Assembly (NCBI RefSeq): GCF_009914755.1
Contig: NC_060939.1
Length of the DNA stretch: 64,000 nucleotides
Strand: one strand, 5' to 3'
DNA from: the human T2T-CHM13v2.0 reference genome, Homo sapiens
The number at the start of each line of letters is the position of its first letter. Within the stretch, counting starts at the first letter, position 1. Made by a program: the position numbers and the translations under genes. The notes beneath the pieces were generated by a model, which saw nothing but the letters and a program-made list of their open reading frames with translations, had not been told where the DNA came from and did not search any database. Shown here piece after piece: positions 44,371 through 64,000 of this stretch.

Positions 44371-45056
44371 TGGTATATAATGTAGCAGAGTAGAAAATTT
44401 AAGGCTAATTCTCTATATATCTCCAAGCAAATAGATTTGTAATGCTTTTCCTGCCAACAATCTATACAGCTGATTCACAAATACTTGGTTGACAGGTTTT
44501 ATATATCATTGTGGCTCATCAGCTTATATATTGTTGGGGCCAGAATCTATACTTACACTTTATTCAAATTTGATTTTACAGAAGAGTTGAGGTTTTTATT
44601 TTTCTTTTAATTAAGAGGGCTGTGAAATTATTATCTATAATTCTAAATCTCATTTAATTCCTCCCAATAGGTTTCAAGCTGGATTGGAACCAAAGTTCAC
44701 TTCTTTAACAAAAGTGCTTTATGACTTTAATAAAACAGTAGAGAATGGTAGAATCCATGGCAGCTCTTTACAAAAACTTGTGATAGAAAGTTTTGATGAT
44801 GAGCAGACTTTGCAACAACTGGAATTGCAAAATGAAGCAATTTTACAGTGCTTCCAGAATGCGGTTAGTGAAAGAAAGATGAAGATATCAGTCTTCTCCC
44901 AGAGAGTGAAGAACAGGAGCATGAAGAGGCTGGTTCAGAAACAGAGGCTGATGGCCAGGAGGACCTAGAAGATTTAGAGGAGGAGGAGGACGTGTCAGAT
45001 ATGGGTGGTGACAATCCTGAAATGGGTGAGAGAGCTAAAAACTCAAGCAAATTCAG

Positions 45057-45350
45057 GGCCAGGCGCGGTGGCTCACGCCTGTAATCCCAGCACTTTGGGA
45101 GGCCGAGGCAGGCGGATCACGAGGTCAGGAGATCGAGACCATCCTGGCTAACAAGGTGAAACCCCATCTCCACTAAACATACAAAAAATTAGCCAGGCGT
45201 GGTGGCAGGTGCCTGTAGTCCCAGCTACTCGGGAGGCTGAGGCAGGAGAATGCCATGAACCCGGGAGGTGGAGCTTGCAGTGAGCCTAGATCACGCCACT
45301 GCAGTCCAGCTGGGCGGCAGAGTGAGAGACTGCATCTCAAAAACAAAAAC
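45057..45350 (+). mobile_element. AluY truncating MPHOSPH10P exon 2
   Basis: ggccaggcgcggtggctcacg...gagatcgagaccatcctggctaac. Confidence 0.9.
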
Positions 45351-46494
45351 AACAATTACTTAACTTTAGGATGCTCCAATAATCAAAATTGATAGTGGCT
45401 TGTGAACAGATAGATTACTTGAATAGAATAGAGCCCAGAAATAAACCCAAATGCTTCTGGGGGAGTTTGGTACATTATAAACATGACATTTTAAATCAAT
45501 GAGGAAAAGAAATCATTTGCAGCTCACCCCACCATACACAGCAGGAATAGGAAGTCATTGGCAGAATAAAAAGATGGTAAGAACAGAACAGAATTGTAGA
45601 ACAGTACATTTCTCGCTTCCCCACTTTTCAAAGTATTTTTTGCTTTTTCACAAATGTAAGTGTAATTTTATTTTCTAAATGTATACTAATTCTTTTCTTC
45701 TCTTTCTTAGATGAATGACAAAAATTACATCTTTAGAAAAAGAGTTGTTAGAAAAAAGCCTTGGCTGCATGTGGGGGAAGTGACAGCACAGAAGAGACCA
45801 GAGAAGAGCCTCCTGGAGGAGAGCCTGCACTTTGACCATGCTGTCCGGATGGGTGCAGTGCTCTTTTCTGCAAAGTGTTCACTTCTCTGCTTTTTCTGTG
45901 GTCCCATTTCATAGAAAGATTTGGGGTGATGTTTCTTTCCCTCAACTTTTATTTTGAAAACTTGCAAACACAGAAAAGTTGATAAAATCATACAGTGAAC
46001 ATCTGTATGCTATTCAACTGGATTCACTAGTTAATGTTTTGTCACACTTGTTTTCTGTCTTCTGCGTATGGAAGATTGTATATGTGCCCTTTTTCCCTCT
46101 GAATCATTTCAGAGTAAGTTGGCAGTATCAGAGCATTTCACTGTTAAGTACTTTCGCAGATATCTTCTAGGAACCAGGACTTCTCCTATATAATCACAAT
46201 ACCATTAATCCACCCCCAAAATTTAACATCAATACACTAATGATACCTACTGTATAGATTATAATCAGCTTCCTTGCAGCAATCTGTTTAGAAGGCTTGC
46301 ATCCTGTCACTGTCCACTGATTAAATTTTGAACTCTAACTTGAAACCCTGGTCATCTCATTGCCTTCTTGCTTATACCCATTAAGTCAAAAGGAGCTCTC
46401 ATTTTATTTCAACAGAAAAGAGAATGGAAAAGAGGGGAAGAGTCCCTAGTACCTTGGATAAAGTATGAGCACTTACTACCATATGTATTCTAGT

Positions 46495-46650
46495 TCTGTA
46501 GTTTTCAAACTTCAGGGAGCATCTCAAGGCTTATTAAAGCACAGATAGCTGTCCTTCCCCACTTTCTGATTCAGGAGGTGTGGGGCTGGCCCAGGAATTT
46601 GCATGTCTAACAAGTTCCCACGTGTTTCTGATGCTGAGGGTGTAAGGACT
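46495..46650. mobile_element. MER5A-like
   Basis: tttctgattcag...ggcccaggaatttgcatgtctaacaagttccc. Confidence 0.7.
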
Positions 46651-46820
46651 ACAATGCGTGAATCCGTGGTTTAGTGGATCCACCTAATGAATACATGTTG
46701 TATTTCCTTTGGCACCCGTGATTACAGAGGAAACACCTTTCAACTGGAAGGTATCATTAAACAGAGGATAAGAGATCAGGTCAGTAAGAATTAAATTTCA
46801 CTTAATTGAAATGTCACTCA

Positions 46821-47429
<609 letters not shown>

Positions 47430-48204
47430 TCAAAACATTCCGGTTTGTTGCTTTTCACACTTTTTATGCTGTAAACATTTTAAAAAGTAGAATCACAATA
47501 CATGGTCTTTTGTCACTTACTATATTTTAAGCATGTTTCTATGGAGAAATATACCCTGGCATCATCACTGGATGTATGTTAAGTGAGTCATTGCCACCCC
47601 AGAGGTGGATTTCCTTCTATATATATTTTAATGGACTCGAGTCAGGATTTTTGCACTGAATTCATAGAAGTAGAATTTCTAGAGGAAAGTAATATAAAAC
47701 AGTTTTAGGATTTTTAAAAGAAATGTTCAAATCATCCTACAGGAAAATTGGTTGAGTTTATGCTCCCACCAACAGGGACAGAGCTCCAGGTTCCCCCTTC
47801 CATTTGTCATCTTCGCTGGTCTTTAAGCAGAAAATCTCATTGTTTTCATTACCTTTCTTTGATTTCTAGTGCTTTTGAATCTTTTTCATTTGCTCATTGG
47901 CCATTTTTATTCTTGTGGGAAGTGCTGGTTTCTCCATTGCCCATTTTCTGCTGCAAATCATTCATTTTTTTTTCTGAGTAATTTTAAAGATTTCTTTATA
48001 GGCTAAGGCTACAAACCTTTAATCTGTCATTGAGGTTACAAAGATCTTCTCCCAGTGAGTAATTTGTCACTTCACTTTATTTATTTATTTTTTGCTAGCA
48101 AAGCACCAAAGTCAAATTTCACTTAATTTTTATCCTGCTGAATGAACACATTTTAAGTTAGTGATTTTAGTGGAAACAGGAGCAGGACAGAATGTAATAA
48201 TTAG

Positions 48205-48472
48205 ATCTCGCTCTGTCACCCCAACTGGAGTGCAGTGGCATGATCATAGCTACTGCAGCCTCAAACTTCTGGGCTCAAGTGATTTTCCCACCTCAGCCTC
48301 CCAAGTAGCTCTAGGACTACAGGTGTGTGCCGCCAAGCCCAGCTAATTTTTAAATTTTCTTTGTAGAGATATGAATTCGCTATGCTGCCCAGGCTGGTCT
48401 TTAACTCCTGACTTACCCCACCTTAGCTTGCCAATATGCTGGGAGTACGGGCGTGAACTACTGCTCCCGGCC
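48205..48472 (-). mobile_element. AluJ
   Basis: tctcgctctgtcacc...catagctactgcagcctcaaac. Confidence 0.8.
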
Positions 48473-49199
48473 AAGAGCTTACTTTGGTTTGCTAGCAAGG
48501 TTCTTGGTATCTTTTTATATTTGAGGCTTTCGTGCTAGTGCTGAAGTATTACACTCACCATCTGAGGTTTACAGGACTTTTGTTTTAATATTGAACCGAG
48601 GGAACTGTTTAGTTTTGCATCTTTGCAGGTATACAAAATGTGCCTACCAGGACTCTGCTTTATATCCATTGAAAAGCAAGAAGTAATACAGTAAAAGTTT
48701 GCCTGGCTACAGGCTTTGGAAGAATGGAGTATTCTGGTTTAATTCTATTAACTTGGAAGGATGAAGGTGGAAAAAATTCAAAACTTTAATTTCCTGTTGA
48801 ATGCAATTTGAAAATATAGCCAATGAGTCCACTTTTCTTCTCTAGTAAGTTTGGACATTCAGATCTACTTGGTCTTTTATCATAGAACTCCTAGTGCGCC
48901 TGAGTCTTACGTTGTGAAAATCCTTTTCTAAAACTTTAGATGTAAGAGGATAGAAATGATATTGGATGAGATCAGGCTGGATGAGAACTGATACCTGTAG
49001 ATATATTTTTTAGATGAAATCTCTGATTGCCACACGTTTTCTTATTGAACTCATAAAAATAAAACACACTGGCTGGAGGGTGGAAGTAGGAAGGAGATTT
49101 ATGTCTTTTAATTGCATGTCATTGTTTCATATTGAGACAGAACATATAGTATCCCTGGCTTTGGACCTACAGAAGGAAACACATTTTTCTACCTGCTGT

Positions 49200-49362
49200 A
49201 TGGCAGAGGTTCCTGAGCACCTGGAGGGATTATTGCAGCACGGATTGCTGGGCCCTACTGCAGAGTTTCTGATTCATTCGTGTCTAGGGTGGGGCCTGAG
49301 AATTTACATTTATAAGAAGTTCCCAGGTGCTCCTGGTCCGGAGACTACATGTTTGAGAGCCA
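49200..49362. mobile_element. MER5A-like
   Basis: gattgctgggccc...agagtttctgattca...ggtggggcctgagaatt...tttgagagccac. Confidence 0.7.
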
Positions 49363-49748
49363 CCCTTACATACTAACTGTAAATTGTAGAACTCTAGAAA
49401 AAAGCGTAGTTTGGACTGGGAGAAGAAGCACACAGGTAATGGAGCAAATCATGAAAAAGTCAACCCTTGATCCCAGGTAACAAGCAATACACAGTGACAT
49501 AACACAATTCTTGGTTTTCATGATTGCAAGTCATAGCCAAGTATCGAGTGAGAAATTCAGTTTCATTTTCAGGGCTTAGAGGCCAGGTGATTCTAGAAAA
49601 ATCGGATTTAGTGATTAACTCATGAGAGTAGGAGTTATTTATGTCCTTTTTCTCTCCCCCATCACTTAGCATTTAGCCTTACTTTAGAAGGGTCCTGTAT
49701 TTGCTTTAACCTTGTAAAGAACTTTGAGTGCTTATTAAATGGAAAGCC

Positions 49749-50111
<363 letters not shown>

Positions 50112-50339
50112 TAAAGATATTAGACATGTTTCTTGTTTGTTTGTTTTTTTTAAAAAAACTAAACGCTAATGTAGGAGAATAAGAGAAAGTTTTTCCAAAA
50201 AAGAGAAAACATTGTGATTATCTTATTGGAATGTTGGATAATAAAGTCTGCTTTATCAATCATCAAGCACACTATAAAATTTCCATTTTAATAGGACTTG
50301 TACCTCAATTGAGGTAATAAAGTTTTAAAGTTTTTAAAG

Positions 50340-50600
50340 TGAAAGCCAGCCCCGCCCCTCTCCTGGAGTGGGCGGGGACAGCGGTTGCATAGGCAGCTTT
50401 CCTTGTGACAACACAGGTCCTTGATGACACGCTGCTGTCTGGCCACACCTCCTTTTCCTTTCATCTTTCTCATTGACCAATGGGCTTCAAGCATGAAGGC
50501 CACACCCCTATTCTGCATTCTAGTGCAGCCCTGGTTACGCCTCCTCTGGCTCAGTCACACAGCGACGTAGAGGTGACTGGAGGTATATACTTGTCCTCAC
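50340..50600 (+). promoter_or_regulatory. GOLGA6L proximal promoter (GC boxes, CCAAT)
   Basis: gccccgccc, gggcgggg, ccaatggg at ~50477, gccacacccc; inverted paralogue of the GOLGA8 promoter. Confidence 0.6.
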
Positions 50601-50607
50601 CTGGATC

Positions 50608-58568
<7,961 letters not shown>

Positions 58569-58698
58569 TGAGCACATGACAAGAAGGCAAAGACAATAAA
58601 CATGTAAAAGCCGGCAGCAAGGCCTGGAGAAGAGTAAGCCGCCATGTGACTGTTTAGAATATAGTCTGAGCACAAACCTGAAAAAAAAATTTTATTTA

Positions 58699-59036
<338 letters not shown>

Positions 59037-59611
59037 TTAGTCTTGTGTTGTCTTTTGACATTCATAGTAAACTTTTATCTGCCTCCAGAGAGTATTGACT
59101 TTGAGTTTATGGCACACAATTGGAGTAAGGGCAGATCGCCTTCATCTACTTTGGGACTAAGCTGGTTCAAAGCAGGTTTTAGGTTTTCTGATGGCTGGTC
59201 TATGTTTTATTCATTTGGACTCCCAGGGGTGGCCCTTCCAGGGTCCCCACCAAGGTCCCATCTCCTTCCTGGGACCCAAATTCTCATTAGGTCATTTCAG
59301 CCCTGTGAGAGTGCCAAACATTCAGCTAGGCTCTCCAGCCTCTTAACTACCACTTCATACTCAGTTTCTTAGCCTCTTAGCCCTCTACTGTTGACCAATC
59401 ACCAAATGTGGGAAAGCACTACAGACTGTCAGGATCACCTCCTAGGCCTGGTCACTCAAGTCCTGACTGAGGTCTCCAATTACCTTCCAACAATTGTTTT
59501 TGATTGGGGGCGGGGCACATTTTTATCCAGTTTTTCTAACTGCTCTTGTGGGGAGGCGAATCTGTAACAAGCTCCTCTGCCTTTACTGAAAGTTGAAAAC
59601 CTTCATCTGTC

Positions 59612-59900
59612 CTTTTTTTGTTGTTGTTGAGATGGAGTCTTGCGCTGTTGCCCAGGCTCTAGTGCAATGGCACGATCTCTGCTCACTGTAACCTCTGCCT
59701 CCTGGGTTCAAGCAATTCTCCTGCCTCAGCTTCCCGCGTAGCGTGTGCCACCATGCCTGGCTAATTTTTTTTTATACCTTTAATAGAGGCAGGATGTCAC
59801 CATGTTTTCCAGGCTGGTCTCGAGCTCCTGACTCAGGTGATCTACCTGCCTCAGCCTCCCAAAGTGCTGGGATTACAAGTATGAGCCACTGCATCCGGCC
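59612..59900 (-). mobile_element. AluS
   Basis: Antisense dimer. Confidence 0.85.
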
Positions 59901-60267
59901 CATCTGTCTTTTAAAACATGTTTTTAATTGGAGGTATAATTTCTATTAGTGAAATGCACAGGTCTGGTTTACATTTTGATGAGTTTTAACTCATTTAACA
60001 TTACTATGGAACCCACCTCCTTTGAAGATACAGAGTATTTCTATCATCCAGAAAGTTCTCCTGTGCTTTCATGCTGTCCCGCACTCCCCCAGCAGCTGAT
60101 GAACATGCTGAGGACATTGGTACTGGATTCTGGCCGCCCCAAAAGAGCCGCTTTGACCAGGCTTACCCAGCACTAAATCCCTGCCTGCTCTCTCAAAATT
60201 TCCATCTTTAAACTGGTTGTACCTATAACCCTCCCTCATCAAGTCAATAGATAAACAAACCCTGAAA

Positions 60268-60273
60268 AATAAA
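60268..60273 (+). terminator. Candidate distal poly(A) signal of GOLGA6L
   Basis: AATAAA ~1.7 kb after the stop; a proximal AATAAA also occurs at ~58595. Confidence 0.35.
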
Positions 60274-61495
60274 CAACTCTTCCTGGCCCAGCAGCCCACA
60301 GCCTAATATTTACTGTATTCCCAGGCTTTCAGAAATGTAACTCGCCTGCCGGTTCACCCTCACTAGGGCGGCAGCTGCACGGGAGCAGCTGGGCTCACCC
60401 ATTAAGCAAGAAGCCAATAGCTGGACAGTGACACTCAGACCCCAGCCTGGGCGAGCCTGGCTGAAAGCCCCCTTCTTTCCATCCGACTGTGGAGAAAGGG
60501 GGCGGAGCACACACAACTCTACTGCCCTCCACATCCTTCACCTGTGCTTCCTCCTGGGAGAGGGAGCCGCTCCTTAATTTGGCCAAAGCCTTCTTGAGGG
60601 CTGTAGGTTTCACAGGCTGGGTGTGTGGGGGCCACCGTGCTAGAGACAGAGGCTGGTGTGTCAGAAGGCAGCCACCTGGCCAGAGGGGGGTCAACCCCCT
60701 TGGTGACCTCCTTCCCCCGGCTGGACACAGTGCCCTGCACTCTCTACATGTGACTGTTCCCCTCAGAGCTGCTTCCAGGGGAGGGGTTCTAATCCTGTGG
60801 GTGGGGACATTGTGTTACTTTACAGTGGGCCATGGCTCCCTCTGACATCTCCAACTCAGAGGCAGTAGAGAGAAGATGAGAAATTCCCTGCCCCTCCTCC
60901 CTCAGCACCCCCACCTCTGCACACGTCCACATGTGGAGACCCTGACAATGGGCCCTGGGAGTGCCGCCATCTGTGCCTGCTTTCCATGCCTGCAGCAGCC
61001 ATGCCCACTCTCCAGACCCTCACCCGCCTGGGTCAGTAGACGCTTCACTGCCTGTGGTCCTGCGCCTACACCTGGGCCTCTGTACCCGTCAGTTCCCCCA
61101 GTCTGGTTCTTATTCCCTGCAAAGAGTAGGGAGCCTGTAAGGTCACCTGTTGAGCAAGCTGGGGGAGAAAAGTAGGGTGGGGATGGGAGGATCAGGATGA
61201 GAAGCTCATGGTCGTGCTGGAGACTCAGCTGAGCAGAGTCTCTGCAGGCCCATTGGCTGCCTAGCCAGTGGTGATCTCGCTCCCACCCTCATTTCTTCTT
61301 TGTTAACAAAACCATGACCTCATTAAATACTGGACACCTATAAACCTCATGGACCCTCCTCCAGCCTCCCCACCGTGTACCGGTGAGTCTAAGTCAACTC
61401 TAGTCATTTCATTCCTCTGGACATTGACTGCTTAGGGCTTGGGCATGAGCTGCCTCTTCACCTGAGCCTGAGCCACAGGTACCCTCTGCACCTAC

Positions 61496-61644
61496 CACGC
61501 TGATGCACTGGGCCAGGGAGAGCGCCGTCTGGATGGAGATGAGCTGTGAGGAGCTGGTGGCTGGGCGGATCAGGTTGTTGTAACAGGTTTTGTTCAGAAG
61601 GTCGTCCATCAGTTTCTGCTCGGCATGGGCCATGCGGCAGTCCC
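61496..61644 (-). pseudogene. CHRNB4: Duplicated CHRNB4 (nicotinic receptor beta4) exon 2 with flanking intron sequence
   Basis: 149-nt AG/GT-bounded exon encoding DCRMAHAEQKLMDDLLNKTCYNNLIRPATSSSQLISIQTALSLAQCISV, against recalled CHRNB4 NCRVANAEEKLMDDLLNKTRYNNLIRPATSSSQLISIKLQLSLAQLISV; next exon not found. Confidence 0.9.
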
Positions 61645-63629
61645 CTGGGTAAACACACAGACATGCTGGGCCCTTGTGCAGCTGTCTCCCACTGCAGCTG
61701 ACAGCTATGAAGCAGGAGCTGAGAGGGCCAGGGAGCACAGACACCCTGAGAGCTGGCTGAAGCAGTGAAGGTGCTGGCCGGCCTGGCTTTCCCTGGGGAC
61801 TTCAAATGACATTCACGACAGAGCTCAGCTACCTCCTCCCCATGCCATACCTCTTCCTCCTCCTCCTCCCTCCGTCAATGAACAGCATCCCACGCTCTAC
61901 ACATCTGATACAAAACTGGGTGTCTCTTCCTGACTCCTCCCTTGGTTCACCCAAGTGGCCACCAAGTCCTGTCTGTCCTCCCATCTCCACGGCTACAGCC
62001 ATGTCCCTGCCTCCCCCGCCCTGCCCACCTTCTATTCTCTCCACCTGCACTCTGCCCCTGCCATCCATGTGCCATCTGAGCAGATGCGATATTGGGCACC
62101 TTGTGAAACATGCTCCTGGTGCACCTGCTGCCTGCTGCCCCTCCTGCAGAGTGCCCGGGCTCTCCAGAGGGGATTCCTATGGAGGCTTGGCCTAGATTCT
62201 GAGTCCTGCCTCTCATACCTGGGGCTGCTACCCCAGAGGCCAGCTGCTTGAGTACCCCGGAAGCCAGTCTGTAGCCCCAGGCTACAGCTGGGTCCATCCC
62301 ACAGCCCTTCTCTAATGTACCTATTTGGACTGGCTGCTCATTTCATAGAGAGGGGTGTGTCTTGCCCCAGACCATCTGGCATGTCTAAGGCAGCTGTGGG
62401 GTCAGAATCTGCAGCTCCCAGCCCTCAGCCCAGCAATAGTAGGAAAGGCTGGACCCCACATCTCTGAAGTCCCACTGGGTTGGTGCGAGCGGGCTCCCGA
62501 GTACAGGGCTGCTCTGCAGGCTGTGGGGCTCATGCGCCAGCTCTGAGCCCACCTGATGTGCTCACGTTGCTCACCTTTGGGCCTGTCCGGCCTCTCAGGC
62601 ATTCGGCTGACCCTGAGGGCCTCTCCCTCATCTTGACCACCAGCTACGGGCTCTGATTTAGAGGTTCCCAGAACCTTAGACCATTTGGCCGGCCCCCCAT
62701 TTCTCACCTGAGGAAACTGAGACCAGAGAGGGATAGCAACTTTCTCAAGGACCCCCAGCAATTCAGAGGCAGAACCAGGTCTAGGAGCCTCTTCTCGATA
62801 GAGGTTCCCCCTGTCCCCTGAGCCTTCGTTAGTGCCTCATTAACTTCCCTGTAAGGAAACTGCCCCGCTGAGGCTGGAAATGGTGCTGTCCAGAGTGGTG
62901 TGTGCCAGTGACTGTGCTTGTGTTTGTACTTGTGAGTGTGTATGGGGGTGGGGATGAGGGGTGGGAATAAACGGCAGGGATGCTGGGGGCTGGATGCACT
63001 CCACCTCACCCCAAAAAGGGGCGCAGGAGAGCCCAGCCAAGCACAGCACATGCTTCGACTTTCCAATCTGCTGAATGCCTGTGAGGCCGGCTGGGCCCAG
63101 AAGACAAGGGACAGGCCTTTCCCCATAGATGGCAGGGGGGGCCCAGGATGGGTGGAAGCTTCTGCCGCAGCTTTGGGGGTCACAACCCAGCCCATGGGCT
63201 GACACTTAAGCAGAAAAGCCACCTCTAGGGGTCAGTCATAATCTAGTGATTCTGATGAGGAGGGCCCCACCAACCTCTGTCCAGGGTCTTGTCTGGGAAA
63301 AACTGCTCCCTGGCAGAAAGAGGCTAATAATTTGAGAGGAAGCCATAGCTGAAACCCTAAGCTGTGTGAGTGCGTGTCCAGTTTGAGAAAGCATATCCGA
63401 CTTAAACATTTGTATTGAAAAAATGGAAACATATTCCCCTTGTTTTGGAATACAAACTGCAGAAAGCAGCAGTTAACAGAATCTTATCGGAAAGGTCAGA
63501 TTCTGCATCTGGAAAGGCACAGTGATTTTCAACTGCGGTGTGTGTCCTTAACTGAGGAAGGGAAGGTGAGATTTATGTTTAGTAAAAGGCAGCTATGAAT
63601 TTACCTTTTATAAAGAGCTTGCTATATAC

Positions 63630-63790
63630 TATTAGTGCTTTTCAGTCATGTCAGAATCAGCCAGATGCCTGTGGAAATGCAAATTCCCAGGCTTCATTCC
63701 CAGAGATTCTGGTCCTGTGAGCCTAGGGTGGGGCCCAGAAATCTCTATGGGGTGGTGCAGCCTGCCCCAGGACCACACCAAGAAACACTG
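63630..63790. mobile_element. MER5-like
   Basis: cagaatcag...aaatgcaaattcccaggc...agagattctg...ggtggggcccagaaatct. Confidence 0.65.
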
Positions 63791-64000
63791 CAACTGGCCC
63801 ACACACATCCCAGTCCACAAATATGTAGGCAGGCATCTTATCTCCACGGAACAGATAGGGAAACTGAGGTCAGAGTGGGGAAAGAAACGTCATGGGGCCA
63901 CCCAGCAAGTAGTAGCAGAGCCACGATACACCCACTGCCTGCAGACACCATCTCTGATGACAGCTCCACCTCCCCACAGGAATCTTGCCTACCCCCACCC

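Larger units (their letters stand above)
42845..46779 (+). pseudogene. MPHOSPH10P: Unprocessed partial MPHOSPH10 (MPP10, U3 snoRNP) pseudogene
   Basis: Exon 1 ATG 42920-43007 (frameshifted; RTLERCL.EVGKATG.PEC, donor gtaag); exon 44671-~45055 (KFTSLTKVLYDFNK..LVIESFDDEQ..QQLELQNE); exon 45711-45852 (GEVTAQKRPE.SLLEE.LHFDHAVRM); exon 46713-46779 (PVITEET..LEGIIKQRIRDQ, acceptor AG>GG); introns present. Confidence 0.93.

Overview
Human (great-ape-type) genomic DNA from a chromosome 15q11-q13 segmental-duplication block; the gene order best fits the GOLGA8DP/GOLGA6L1 region near 15q11.2, but near-identical paralogues cannot be excluded. Left to right: nested old L1s carrying a processed ABCB10 pseudogene (minus, with TSD); an LTR-associated tandem array of inverted Alu modules (9.2-12.6 kb); a 19-exon GOLGA8-family gene on the minus strand whose manually spliced ORF is intact (648 aa), with an intronic 7SL pseudogene and a ~3 kb foreign insert in its 3' UTR; a second, inverted copy of the LTR/Alu array (40.2-42.8 kb); a partial unprocessed MPHOSPH10 pseudogene; a divergently oriented GOLGA6L1-like gene with two coding VNTRs; and a duplicated CHRNB4 exon-2 fragment. 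The most striking unexplained signal is that both LTR/Alu arrays carry dense A-to-G substitutions, apparently confined to the LTR-sense strand, as expected if an ADAR-hyperedited RNA had been reverse-transcribed into the genome and then tandemly amplified. Repeat subfamily names and paralogue identities are from recognition, not database searches.
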